From positions 9,804 through 73,803 of the forward strand of contig JAHEBM010000008.1 in assembly GCA_024642245.1 (NCBI GenBank): a stretch of 64,000 bases of DNA, read 5' to 3'. A model generated the notes under the pieces. It was not told where the DNA came from. It saw only the letters and a list, made by a program, of their open reading frames with translations, and did not search any database. The stretch comes from Haliea sp. (lineage in GTDB: Bacteria > Pseudomonadota > Gammaproteobacteria > Pseudomonadales > Halieaceae). Below, piece by piece: positions 20,080 to 30,002 of this stretch (its first letter is position 1; the number at the start of each line of letters is the position of its first letter). The position numbers and the translations under genes are program-made.

Positions 20080-20113
20080 GGGTGCGAGCGGGGTTACCGT
20101 CCCGCCCGCACCC
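20080..20113 (+). other. strong GC-rich hairpin in the leuA leader
   Basis: GGGTGCGAGCGGG-N8-CCCGCCCGCACCC, a 13-bp stem with one mismatch, 80 nt upstream of the leuA ATG. No T-run follows it. Confidence 0.5.
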
Positions 20114-20194
20114 TGCACCGGCCTTATCCAGGCCCTGCCCCGGGGCAACCGGACAGGTGAACAGCCAACCACCATTGAACCCAGGTAATACCGT

Positions 20195-21868
20195 ATGAGC
20201 AGCTTCGACTACCGCAAGTACCCGACCTTCCAGCCAATCGCAATGAGCAGCCGGCGCTGGCCTGATCGCGTTATCGAAAAGGCACCCCGGTGGTGCAGTG
20301 TTGACCTGCGAGACGGCAACCAGGCCCTGATCGAACCCATGACGACCCCCCAGAAGTCGCGCTTGTGGGAGCAGCTCGTCAAGCTGGGTTTCAAGGAAAT
20401 CGAGGTGGGCTTCCCGTCGGCTTCAGGGCACGATTATGAGTTCGTCCGTGACCTGATTGACAATAACCGCATTCCGGAAGATGTGACCATCCAGGTCCTG
20501 ACCCAGGCCAGGGCAGACCTGATCAAGAAAACTTTCCAGGCTCTCAAAGGCGCCCGCAGGGCCATTGTGCACGTTTACAACTCCACCTCCACGGTGCAGC
20601 GAGAGCAGGTGTTTGGCCTGGACCGGGCGGGTATTGTCGATATTGCCGTCAAGGGTGCCGAGCTGGTACGTGACTGTGCCGCGCAGCAGCCGGAAACGGA
20701 ATGGGTATTCGAGTACTCGCCGGAAAGCTTCACCGGCACCGAACTGGAGTTTGCGGTGGAGATCTGTGACGCCGTCACCGCGGTGTGGCAGCCGACTCCA
20801 CAGCGACCGGTGATTATCAACCTGCCGGCAACGGTGGAGATGAGCACCCCCAATGTGTATGCCGATCAGATTGAGTGGTTTTGCGACCGGGTGGCGAATC
20901 GGGACAGCCTGCTCATTTCGTTGCATACCCATAACGACCGGGGCTGCGCTGTTGCGGCCGCAGAACTGGGTGTGCTGGCGGGAGCGGACCGGGTGGAAGG
21001 AACGCTCATGGGTAACGGCGAGCGTACCGGCAACATGGATATCGTGACCATGGCGATGAACCTCTACAGTCAGGGTGTCGATCCGCGCCTCAACCTGGGC
21101 CAGATGGACGAGATCATCCAGACGGTAAAAGAGTGTACCCGCCTGCCGGTGCACCCCCGGCATCCCTACGCGGGGGAGCTGGTATTCACAGCATTTTCCG
21201 GTAGCCACCAGGATGCGATCAAGAAGTGCCTGGCCCTGCGCGAGGACAGTAAGCCCTGGGAGGTAGCCTATCTGCCGATTGACCCTGCGGACATCGGCAG
21301 GTCCTACCAGGAGGTTATCCGCATCAACAGCCAGTCCGGCAAGGGCGGCATCGCCTATGTGCTGGAGCGGGATTTCGGCCTGCAGTTGCCGCGCTGGCTG
21401 CAGATAGATTTCAGCCAGGCCGTGCAGGCCTATGCCGAGGAGCATGAAACGGAAGTGGGCTCTGACGAGCTGTATCAGTTGTTCCAGGACACCTACACCG
21501 GCGCCGACGGGCGCTGGGCCCTTGGCAAATACCAGGTGAACCGGGAGGCGGGAGTCGACAAATTACAGGCCGAACTGATGCGAGGCTCGACGCCGCACAG
21601 CCTCACAGGCTCAGGCAACGGCCTCGTGGCCTCGTTCGTCGACGCCATGGAGCGGTTTACGGGCAAACAGATCGTGCTGGTGGAGTACAGTGAGCATGCC
21701 CTGAGCCACAGCGCCGACGCCGAGGCCATCTGTTACATCCAGTTGAACATCAATGGTGAGCGATTCTGTGGGGTCGGGCGCAGCCACGATATTATCCAGG
21801 CTTCCCTGGACGGTATTCTGGGTGCGATTAACAAGGAGGCGGCGCGGGAGCGCGAAGCTGCCGCCTGA
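20195..21868 (+). CDS. leuA: 2-isopropylmalate synthase, long (type 2) form
   Basis: 557 aa. WCSVDLRDGNQAL and HTHNDRGCAVAAAELG motifs, plus a C-terminal LeuA dimerisation/regulatory domain. Confidence 0.95.
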   Translation: MSSFDYRKYPTFQPIAMSSRRWPDRVIEKAPRWCSVDLRDGNQALIEPMTTPQKSRLWEQLVKLGFKEIEVGFPSASGHDYEFVRDLIDNNRIPEDVTIQVLTQARADLIKKTFQALKGARRAIVHVYNSTSTVQREQVFGLDRAGIVDIAVKGAELVRDCAAQQPETEWVFEYSPESFTGTELEFAVEICDAVTAVWQPTPQRPVIINLPATVEMSTPNVYADQIEWFCDRVANRDSLLISLHTHNDRGCAVAAAELGVLAGADRVEGTLMGNGERTGNMDIVTMAMNLYSQGVDPRLNLGQMDEIIQTVKECTRLPVHPRHPYAGELVFTAFSGSHQDAIKKCLALREDSKPWEVAYLPIDPADIGRSYQEVIRINSQSGKGGIAYVLERDFGLQLPRWLQIDFSQAVQAYAEEHETEVGSDELYQLFQDTYTGADGRWALGKYQVNREAGVDKLQAELMRGSTPHSLTGSGNGLVASFVDAMERFTGKQIVLVEYSEHALSHSADAEAICYIQLNINGERFCGVGRSHDIIQASLDGILGAINKEAAREREAAA

Positions 21869-22038
21869 AGGTCCTGTCCGGCGCACCTGGCGCCGGCACC
21901 CGATCGCAACAGCCGGGCTGGCCGCGCAGCTGTGTACCTGGGGTCGACCGGCCAACGTATAATTCCCACGACTTATGTGTTACAAATCAGGCTCTTGCCA
22001 GCATCGGGTTGAGCTGGCTCTGGATCCCGGTCGTGGAA

Positions 22039-23178
22039 ATGAAAAGTCGCGGATTAACCATAAAAAAATCTGCCTGGCAAAAGCTCAAGCTCCATTTCAG
22101 CGAGGCGTTTTCCGAGCAGTTTGAGTACCAGCGCTACGATGGGGATGCGGGCCCTGATCAGCAGCTCGCCAGGAAGCGCGGGCGGGATGCCTACCGCTAC
22201 ATCATGCTGCTGCTGGCCTTTGTGCTCGGTCCGATGCTGGCCCACGACCTGTACACGGGCCAAACACTACTTGCCATAGCCTCCTCACTGTTGCTCGCCA
22301 TCCTGTTGGCCAATATCTGGCTGCTCAGCGGCAATCGCCGGGCGTTTCTCTCGCCGACCCCGCTGCTGGGTCTGGGTATTTTGCTGATCCTCCTGGCTGT
22401 AACCGTCGGCCAGTCCTACAGCATTTACTGGTTATACCCGCTGCTGGCAGGCCTGCCGGTGCTGCTGCGCTCGCGTCGTTCCCTTGCGGTTGGCCTGGTT
22501 TCGGGTGCACTGGCGCTGCCCCTGGCGTTTGCCCGGTTTGACGCCAGCTCTGCTGCCGTTCTCAGTTTCAGCATGGCCACCACCTGGCTGGTGAGTGCGT
22601 GGCTGGTATTTTCGGTGACGGAACAGTCGCGCCGACTCAGGGACATGGCTGTTACGGATCCCCTGACGGGTGCGTATAACCGGCGGTACCTGGAGGAACA
22701 GGCGGTTCACGCGATGGAATCCTGGCAGCGCTATCGCCACTCCACCACGATGCTGCTGATCGATGTAGACCACTTCAAGCGTATCAATGACAGGTACGGG
22801 CATGCGGTGGGCGACACCGCGATCAAGGGCCTGGTGGAATTGGTTGCGCAGCGCCTGCGGGCCGTTGATACATTGTGCCGCTTTGGCGGGGAGGAGTTCG
22901 TCGTGTTGTTGCAGGGTACGGGAATGGACGGTGCCACGAGAGTAGCCGAGGATCTTCGCGCGCTGGTAGAGGGCGCAAAAATACTGCCCGAGGGCAGTAT
23001 GACCATCAGTATTGGCCTGTGCGAAGTGATAGCGGCCGATAGCGTTGATCACTGGTTCAACCTGACGGACTCGGCCCTGTACCTGGCCAAGCATAAGGGC
23101 CGCAACCGGGTGGAAACGGCCCGGCAGGTATTGGCAGAGCGGGCACCCGTGGCCAAGACCGTGCCGGACTGGCGCTAG
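22039..23178 (+). CDS. membrane-bound diguanylate cyclase (GGDEF domain)
   Basis: Five to six N-terminal TM helices. A C-terminal GGDEF domain with a GGEEF active site and an RAVD I-site five residues upstream. The start is uncertain (ATG 22039 or TTG 22009). Confidence 0.85.
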   Translation: MKSRGLTIKKSAWQKLKLHFSEAFSEQFEYQRYDGDAGPDQQLARKRGRDAYRYIMLLLAFVLGPMLAHDLYTGQTLLAIASSLLLAILLANIWLLSGNRRAFLSPTPLLGLGILLILLAVTVGQSYSIYWLYPLLAGLPVLLRSRRSLAVGLVSGALALPLAFARFDASSAAVLSFSMATTWLVSAWLVFSVTEQSRRLRDMAVTDPLTGAYNRRYLEEQAVHAMESWQRYRHSTTMLLIDVDHFKRINDRYGHAVGDTAIKGLVELVAQRLRAVDTLCRFGGEEFVVLLQGTGMDGATRVAEDLRALVEGAKILPEGSMTISIGLCEVIAADSVDHWFNLTDSALYLAKHKGRNRVETARQVLAERAPVAKTVPDWR

Positions 23179-23192
23179 CGGAGGCCCACAGG

Positions 23193-24080
23193 GTGTCCGC
23201 AACAGCAGTGCTTGCCCGTGCCAGGGTTTTGGTGGCGACCGCTCTGGTGGTATTTCTGGGCGCCTGTTCCGGCACCACCTTTGTTTACAATCGCCTGGAC
23301 ACGATCCTTCCCTGGTATGTGGACGACTATGTGGACCTGGACCGCGGCCAGGAAACGCAGCTCGACGCCTTGCTGCAGCCCTTTCTGGCCTGGCACCGGT
23401 TGCAGGAACTGCCTCGCTATATCCAGCTGATTGACGACCTGCAATCCCGCCTCGACCGCCCCCTGACGGCCGCCGGGATTGCCCAGATGTACGCCGGGAT
23501 GGAGGTAGCCTGGCTGCGACTGGAAAAGGAATCGCTGGACTGGCTGCTCGAGCTTGGCGGTACGCTGTCGGATGAGCAGGTGCAGCAATTCCTCGACGCC
23601 CTGCAGGAGCAGCAGCTTGAATACGAAGGCAAATACCTGTCGCGAACGGAGTCCGAATACCGTGAGGAAACCTATGACAATTTTACCCGGAACATGGAGG
23701 ACTACCTCGGCACCCTGACCGAGGGACAGCGCGGGCGCCTCGAACGCGCCAGCGCCGCGATGGAACGCGCCGATGTGGTGTGGTTGCAGGAGCGCGCTGC
23801 CTGGCAGGGGCGCCTGTCGTTGATGTTGCAGCGCAAGCCGGGCTGGCAGGAGCGCGTGCGAGAGGCCGTGGCGGCGCGGGGCGAGACCGTCTCCGAGCGC
23901 TACCGGGAAGTCTACGAGCACAATCTGCAGGTCATTTTTGCCGCCGTTGCGGATGTGCTCAACAGCAGCACGGAAAAACAGTCCCGCCACCTGCGCGAAG
24001 AGCTGGCCATGCTGCGGGCGGACCTGCAGACCCTGGTTGCCCAGGGGCAGGGGCTCCCTGCTCCGGCCGATGCAGGCTGA
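23193..24080 (+). CDS. DUF6279-like lipoprotein
   Basis: The lipobox region VFLGAC followed by SGTTFVYNRLDTILPWYVDDYVDL resembles the Pseudomonas DUF6279 lipoprotein family. GTG start. Confidence 0.6.
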   Translation: MSATAVLARARVLVATALVVFLGACSGTTFVYNRLDTILPWYVDDYVDLDRGQETQLDALLQPFLAWHRLQELPRYIQLIDDLQSRLDRPLTAAGIAQMYAGMEVAWLRLEKESLDWLLELGGTLSDEQVQQFLDALQEQQLEYEGKYLSRTESEYREETYDNFTRNMEDYLGTLTEGQRGRLERASAAMERADVVWLQERAAWQGRLSLMLQRKPGWQERVREAVAARGETVSERYREVYEHNLQVIFAAVADVLNSSTEKQSRHLREELAMLRADLQTLVAQGQGLPAPADAG

Positions 24081-24107
24081 TCCCGGCGGTCCTTCGCCGG
24101 CAGCGGG

Positions 24108-25952
24108 TCAATCCAGCAAGGACAGGTCCCTGACGGCACCCTTGTCGGCGCTGGTGACCATTTTGGCATAGACTTTCAGCGCGGCCGTCACCTTGCGGGG
24201 GCGTACTGCCGCGGGTTTCCAGGCGTCCGGGCCACGGGCTTCCATAGCCAGTCGGCGCGCGGCCAGCTCATCATCGCCCAGGAGGACATTGATGCTGCGG
24301 GCCGGGATGTCTATTGCAATGGTGTCACCCTGCTCGACCAGCCCGATGGCCCCACCGGCGGCGGCTTCCGGCGAAGCGTGCCCGATGGAAAGGCCCGAGG
24401 TGCCGCCAGAAAAACGGCCGTCGGTCAGCAGCGCACAGGCTTTGCCCAGCCCCTTCGATTTCAGGTAGCTGGTCGGGTACAGCATCTCCTGCATACCCGG
24501 GCCGCCGCGGGGGCCCTCGTAGCGAATAATCACCACGTCCCCGGGGTTCACCCGCCCATTCAGGATATCGTCCACCGCACCCTCCTGGCTTTCACAGATA
24601 TGGGCCGGCCCCGAGAAGACCAGGATACTTTCATCCACGCCGGAGGTTTTTACCACGCAGCCATCCACGGCGATATTGCCAAACAGCACCGCCAGGCCGC
24701 CCTCGGTGGAGTAAGCGTTCTCCAGAGAGCGAATACAGCCGGCCCGCCGGTCTGTATCCAGGCTGGGCCAGCGTGTCTCCTGGCTGAAGGCGGTCTGGGT
24801 GGGGATGCCGGCCGGGCCGGCGCTGAAGAATTTGTGGACTGCGCTGTCCTGCGTGCGCATCAGGTCCCACTTGTCCAGGGCCTCGCCCATCGTCTTGCTG
24901 TGAATGGTCGGGCAGTCGGTGTGCAGCAGGCCGGCCCGGTCCAGTTCACCCAGGATGCTCATAATGCCACCGGCGCGGTGCACGTCCTCCATGTGGTACA
25001 GGGGCGTATTCGGTGCCACCTTGCACAACTGCGGCACCTTGCGCGACAACCTGTCGATATCTGCCAGCGTGAAATCCAGCTCCGCCTCCTGGGCCGCTGC
25101 CAGCAGGTGGAGAATGGTATTGGTGGAGCCGCCCATGGCGATGTCCAGGCACATGGCGTTTTCGAATGCCTTGAAATTACCGATATTACGCGGCAGTACC
25201 GATTCGTCGCCGTCCCTGTAGTAGCGTTCGCACAGCTCCACCGCCAGGCGACCTGCCCTGAGGAATAATTGTTCCCGGTCGGCGTGGGTGGCGAGCGTGG
25301 AGCCGTTACCGGGCAGGCTGAGCCCCAGCGCCTCCGTCAGGCAGTTCATGGAGTTGGCGGTGAACATGCCTGAACAGGAGCCGCAGGTGGGGCAGGCGGA
25401 GCGCTCGTATTCTGCGACTTTCTCGTCGCTGGCGGAGTCGTCCACAGCGATTACCATGGCGTCAACGAGGTCCAGCTTGTGCTCGGACAGGCGGGTCTTG
25501 CCCGCCTCCATCGGTCCGCCGGAGACAAACACCACCGGGATGTTGAGGCGCATGGCGGCGTTGAGCATACCGGGAGTAATCTTGTCGCAATTGGAGATAC
25601 ATACCATTGCGTCGGCGCAGTGGGCGTTCACCATGTATTCCACGGAGTCGGAGATGATATCCCGCGAGGGCAGGCTGTAGAGCATGCCGTCGTGCCCCAT
25701 GGCGATGCCGTCGTCCACCGCTATGGTATTGAATTCCTTGGCCACGCCACCGGCGGCCTCGATTTCCCGCGCTACCAGCTGCCCCAGGTCTTTGAGGTGA
25801 ACGTGGCCGGGCACGAACTGGGTGAATGAGTTCACCACCGCAATGATGGGCTTGCCGAAGTCATCGTCCTTCATGCCGGTGGCGCGCCACAGGGCGCGGG
25901 CACCGGCCATGTTGCGGCCGTGGGTGGAGGTCTTGGAGCGATAATCTGGCAT
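24108..25952 (-). CDS. ilvD: dihydroxy-acid dehydratase
   Basis: 614 aa. N-terminal [26 protein letters not shown] and the CDKITPGM motif. Confidence 0.97.
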   Translation of the reverse strand: MPDYRSKTSTHGRNMAGARALWRATGMKDDDFGKPIIAVVNSFTQFVPGHVHLKDLGQLVAREIEAAGGVAKEFNTIAVDDGIAMGHDGMLYSLPSRDIISDSVEYMVNAHCADAMVCISNCDKITPGMLNAAMRLNIPVVFVSGGPMEAGKTRLSEHKLDLVDAMVIAVDDSASDEKVAEYERSACPTCGSCSGMFTANSMNCLTEALGLSLPGNGSTLATHADREQLFLRAGRLAVELCERYYRDGDESVLPRNIGNFKAFENAMCLDIAMGGSTNTILHLLAAAQEAELDFTLADIDRLSRKVPQLCKVAPNTPLYHMEDVHRAGGIMSILGELDRAGLLHTDCPTIHSKTMGEALDKWDLMRTQDSAVHKFFSAGPAGIPTQTAFSQETRWPSLDTDRRAGCIRSLENAYSTEGGLAVLFGNIAVDGCVVKTSGVDESILVFSGPAHICESQEGAVDDILNGRVNPGDVVIIRYEGPRGGPGMQEMLYPTSYLKSKGLGKACALLTDGRFSGGTSGLSIGHASPEAAAGGAIGLVEQGDTIAIDIPARSINVLLGDDELAARRLAMEARGPDAWKPAAVRPRKVTAALKVYAKMVTSADKGAVRDLSLLD

Positions 25953-26067
25953 GGGTCTGTACCTGTCCGGGGCGGGCGCTAACCGGCGCCCACGGGTGTC
26001 ATAAAAAGGGCTGGCAGGATAGCAAAAATGGCAGCAGTTTTAACCTGGAGATTTGTATGGGGCGCGT

Positions 26068-27219
26068 CTACCAGTAGAGTCGCAGTCCGGTGGTCAGGCC
26101 CCAGCCCCGGCTCGCGCCGCCATCGTTCGCGCGGTCAGACATGTCGGTGTACTGTATGCCGGTCTGCCATTTGAGCTTGTGGCTATAAAAGTACAGGTTC
26201 AGTCCGGCATACATCTCGTTGTATCGGTCGCCACGACCGGAGACGATGTCCTTGTTATAGCGTCCCAGCCGCAAAGCATTCTTTCCGTCGCCCCTGAGGT
26301 AGGTATAGCGCAGTACCAGCTGCAAGCGTTCGCTGGCGTTGTAGAATGGCATGAGACTGGCCCCCCAGACATCACGCTGGTCCGCGTAGCCGCGACCTGC
26401 GGCGGTATCGGTCCAGAGTCCCCAGCGCCCGTCCTCCCACTTGGAATTAAGCGATACCACATTGGAAAAATCGGGCGTATTGTTGTCCGCGTCTTCCTGC
26501 TGGTAGACGAAATCCAGCGTAATCTCGGCATTTTTTAGCCCGAGGTCCCCGGCCAGGTTATAAGCCAGACGGGTGAGAGTGAAGTAACTGGCGTCGAAAG
26601 AACCCACCCCGTCATCATCGTCGGTAGAGAATACGCCGGCCTTGTAGGTCCAGTGTTGGTCGAGCGTCCCGGCCAGTGTCGCCCCGCTGAAATACTCGGC
26701 AGTGAACCAGAGGTTATCGGTGAGATTACTGCGCTCGAGTGCCAGCAGGTTCTTGGAAGACGTGGCGCCGTCCAGGGTAAAACCGGCGGACTGTTTCAGG
26801 AATTTTGCCTCCAGCGCAGGGCTGGGTTCCCAGCTGACGTAGGCATCGGTTAGCCGCTGGTAGCTGTCGCCCGCCGACGCGTTCAGGTCGAAGTCGCCCT
26901 CCAGCTGCGCCGCCCAATCGTTGCTGAACCGGGCAGTGAAGCCGAAGCGAAACCGCCGCCAGTCGCGCTCGTCCAGATCCCCCTGGTCAGTATCAAACCA
27001 GGCGGCGTCGGCCTGGAGTCGGCCACTGAGTGCCAGGCTTTGCAGCATACCCTCCCCGGGGTTGCGGTACAGCTGTGTGTGGCTCCACAGGCGATCGTAG
27101 GCGGCCCTGTCGCCGTCGTTAGCCGATGCCAACGGGACGACCCGGAACAGGCACAGGCAGAAACAAACGCCGGTTAAAATCGGGCGAATGCATCTGCGTG
27201 GTCCGTGCTGTTGATTCAT
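26068..27219 (-). CDS. porin, OprO/OprP (phosphate-selective porin O/P) family-like
   Basis: Signal peptide, alternating beta-strand pattern and a C-terminal ...GLRLYW aromatic terminus. RFRFGFTARF...LEGDFDLN resembles Porin_O_P. Confidence 0.65.
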   Translation of the reverse strand: MNQQHGPRRCIRPILTGVCFCLCLFRVVPLASANDGDRAAYDRLWSHTQLYRNPGEGMLQSLALSGRLQADAAWFDTDQGDLDERDWRRFRFGFTARFSNDWAAQLEGDFDLNASAGDSYQRLTDAYVSWEPSPALEAKFLKQSAGFTLDGATSSKNLLALERSNLTDNLWFTAEYFSGATLAGTLDQHWTYKAGVFSTDDDDGVGSFDASYFTLTRLAYNLAGDLGLKNAEITLDFVYQQEDADNNTPDFSNVVSLNSKWEDGRWGLWTDTAAGRGYADQRDVWGASLMPFYNASERLQLVLRYTYLRGDGKNALRLGRYNKDIVSGRGDRYNEMYAGLNLYFYSHKLKWQTGIQYTDMSDRANDGGASRGWGLTTGLRLYW

Positions 27220-27292
27220 ACGGCCTAGCTTAGTTGATGGCGCGATCGTTTTATTATCGTCCAGGGACTTCTACGCCCGCGGCACCACTGCC

Positions 27293-28609
27293 TTAAAGCG
27301 CCTTGAAGAATACCTTGGAGTTGCGCTGCAGGTTGTACAGTGACTGCTTCTTGTTGGGTAGCGCATCGCGGGAGGCCTCGACAAAGCCCTGCTCGATAAA
27401 CCAGTGGGCGGTCTGGGTGGTGAGCACGAAAACCCGGTCCAGGCCCAGCCGCCGGGCCTCCGTTTCCAGCTCCTCGAGCAGGCGCTGGCCGCGCCTGCCA
27501 CCGCGGTACTCCGGGTGCGACACGATGCAGGCGATCTCCCCACAGCCTTCCTCGGCAAAGGGGTAGAGCGCGGCGCAGGCGATGATGCGATGATCCCGCT
27601 CCAGTAACCGAAACCGCTTGATCTCGGTTTCCAGCAACTCGCGGGAGCGTTTCAACAGCACACCCTGCTGCTCCAGCGGCTGGATCAGTTCGAGAATCCC
27701 GCCAACGTCATCGATATTTGCCTCCCTCGCCTGTTCATAATTATCGCTGGCCACCAGGGTGCCGCTGCCGTCGTGGGTGAACAGCTCCTCCAACAGCGCG
27801 CAGTCGTTGTTGTAGCTGATGATATGGCTGCGAGCCACGCCTGCCAGGCAGGCGCTGCGCGCCGCGTGGAGCATGGAGGCCTGGTCCCGGTCGGGAATAT
27901 CCAGGGCGCCCACCTCACCGACCGTACACTGGCGTATCAGGTTGCCCCCGGCATCGCTGATACCCTCGCCCTCGCCGAACATGATGAGTTTGTCGGCGCC
28001 GATAGCCGAGGCGCAGTGGACGGCGATATCTTCCAGGCCCAGGCTGAATATTTCCCCCGTGGGAGAGTAGCCAAGCGGTGAGATCAGCACGATGGAGCCG
28101 TCCTCCAGCTGGTGGCGAATGCCCGCCACATCGACCCGCCTGACCTTGCCGGTGTGGTGGAAATCGACCCCGTTGACCACCCCGATGGGCCGGGCGGTGA
28201 CAAAATTGCCGGAGCACACGCGTATTCTCGCCCCCTGCATGGGGGAGTTGGGCAGGCCCATGGACAGGAGCGCCTCGATCTGGGCCCGCAGGGAGCCGGC
28301 GGCGTCCTTTACGTGTTCCAGTGTGGCGGTATCGGTAATACGCATACCGTCGTGAAAGGCGGTCTCCAGTCCCGAGCGCTCCAGGCGCTGGGCAATCTGG
28401 GGGCGGGAGCCGTGTACCAGTACAAGACGCACGCCGAGGCTGTTGAGCAGGGCGATATCGTGAAAAATATTCGCGAAATTTTCATGTTGCGCAACTTCTC
28501 CCCCCAACATCAGCACGAAGGTTTTGCCCCGGTGCGCATTGATGTAGGGTGCGGTGTTCCTTAACCAGCGAATATTGGCCCGGCCCGGCGTTGTCACGAT
28601 ATCATCCAA
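27293..28609 (-). CDS. argA: N-acetylglutamate synthase
   Basis: 438 aa. An amino-acid kinase domain (FVLMLGGE, LVLVHG) plus a C-terminal GNAT domain (RGGRRGQRLL). Confidence 0.93.
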   Translation of the reverse strand: MDDIVTTPGRANIRWLRNTAPYINAHRGKTFVLMLGGEVAQHENFANIFHDIALLNSLGVRLVLVHGSRPQIAQRLERSGLETAFHDGMRITDTATLEHVKDAAGSLRAQIEALLSMGLPNSPMQGARIRVCSGNFVTARPIGVVNGVDFHHTGKVRRVDVAGIRHQLEDGSIVLISPLGYSPTGEIFSLGLEDIAVHCASAIGADKLIMFGEGEGISDAGGNLIRQCTVGEVGALDIPDRDQASMLHAARSACLAGVARSHIISYNNDCALLEELFTHDGSGTLVASDNYEQAREANIDDVGGILELIQPLEQQGVLLKRSRELLETEIKRFRLLERDHRIIACAALYPFAEEGCGEIACIVSHPEYRGGRRGQRLLEELETEARRLGLDRVFVLTTQTAHWFIEQGFVEASRDALPNKKQSLYNLQRNSKVFFKAL

Positions 28610-28694
28610 GCTATTGATAAATAGAAAGTTATTAAGAGTACCGAAAGCCGGCCGGATTACCTAATGGCAATAATGCACAGGCCGGGTTTGCGCA

Positions 28695-29864
28695 TCACAG
28701 GCAGTAGTGCCGAATGCACTGCTGCAGCAAAGCGATACAGGGCTGGATCTGCTCCAGTTCCAGGTACTCGTCCGGCTGGTGGGCCCTGTCGATGGAGCCG
28801 GGTCCCATCACGATGGTTTCCATTCCCAGTGCCTGCAAAAACGGCGCCTCGGTGGCAAAAGCCACTGCTTCCGCCCGGTGCCCGGTCAGGCGCTCTGCAA
28901 GGCGCACCAGTTCGCTGTCGGCCACCTGTTCAAAAGGTGAAATGTCGCTTACCAGGGAACGCAGATCGATATCCAGTGCATGCTGCTCGGCTATTTTTGC
29001 CATGCGCGCTGCGATTTCACCGCGCACAGTGTCATTGTCGCCGCCGGGTGTCATCCTCAGGTCAAAATGCAGTTCCGCCTGGCCGCAAATGCGGTTCGGG
29101 CTGTCACCGCCGTGCACGCAGCCCAGGTTCAGGGTGGGCCCGGCAACGGCGAACAGTGGATTGCTGTAGCGCTTTTGCAATTGTGCGCGGTAGACCATCA
29201 GGTCACCCATCACGGTGTGCATACCCTCCAGAGCACTGTTACCCAGCTCCGGGTTGGACGAGTGGCCCGCCCGTCCGGTGACTCGCACCGCTTCCATCAT
29301 GATGCCCTTGTGCATGCGCACTGGCACCAGCGAGGTCGGTTCACCGATTATGGCGGCCCGCGCTTTCGGCCGCCCGGCTTCGACCAGCGCGCGGGCGCCG
29401 TTCATCGAGCTCTCCTCGTCACAGGTTGCCAGCAGAATCAGCGGGTGCTTGAGCGCGGTACCGCGAAATGCCTCAGCCGCGGCAATGGCCAGCGGGAAGA
29501 AGCCTTTCATGTCGGTACTGCCGAGGCCGTAGAGACGGTGGTCGCGTTCGCTCAGTCCCAGGGGATCGCTCTGCCAGCGGCCCTCGTCGAAGGGCACGGT
29601 GTCAGTATGTCCGGCCAATACCAGCCCGCCGGGGCCGCTGCCGAGAGTGGCAAGCAGGTTCGCCTTACTGCCGTCGGCGCAGACCGGTTGTATTTCCGTG
29701 CGAAAGCCCAGGTCGGCCAGCCAGCTGGCCAGCAGGTCTATGACTGCGCGGTTGCCCTGGTCCCAGCGCGGATCAGTTGAGCTGACCGATGGCGTCGCGA
29801 CCAGCTGCCGCAGTTGGTCGATGATCAGCTTGCTGGAGTGGGGCATTGGGATTCCCGGGGCCAT
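28695..29864 (-). CDS. argE: acetylornithine deacetylase
   Basis: M20 peptidase motifs (LAGHTDTVP, GLGSTDMKG, DEESSM) in the ArgE arrangement, adjacent to argA. The start may be the internal ATG at 29846. Confidence 0.88.
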   Translation of the reverse strand: MAPGIPMPHSSKLIIDQLRQLVATPSVSSTDPRWDQGNRAVIDLLASWLADLGFRTEIQPVCADGSKANLLATLGSGPGGLVLAGHTDTVPFDEGRWQSDPLGLSERDHRLYGLGSTDMKGFFPLAIAAAEAFRGTALKHPLILLATCDEESSMNGARALVEAGRPKARAAIIGEPTSLVPVRMHKGIMMEAVRVTGRAGHSSNPELGNSALEGMHTVMGDLMVYRAQLQKRYSNPLFAVAGPTLNLGCVHGGDSPNRICGQAELHFDLRMTPGGDNDTVRGEIAARMAKIAEQHALDIDLRSLVSDISPFEQVADSELVRLAERLTGHRAEAVAFATEAPFLQALGMETIVMGPGSIDRAHQPDEYLELEQIQPCIALLQQCIRHYCL

Positions 29865-29922
29865 TTAGGTGAGGGCCAGTGTACCGCGTCTTGCCCGGGG
29901 CGGGCACACCCGGGCGGCGGTG

Positions 29923-29964
29923 TATTTCGCCGGCACTATTTCGCCGGCACTATTTCGCCGGCAC
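29923..29964. repeat. three perfect tandem copies of the 14-bp unit TATTTCGCCGGCAC
   Basis: Read directly from the sequence: units at 29923-29936, 29937-29950 and 29951-29964, followed by a degenerate partial copy. Lies between the pit stop and the argE start. Confidence 0.95.
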
Positions 29965-30002
29965 TATGCCGAATCCAGGCCACGGCGGTGGCCCGGTGTC
30001 CG

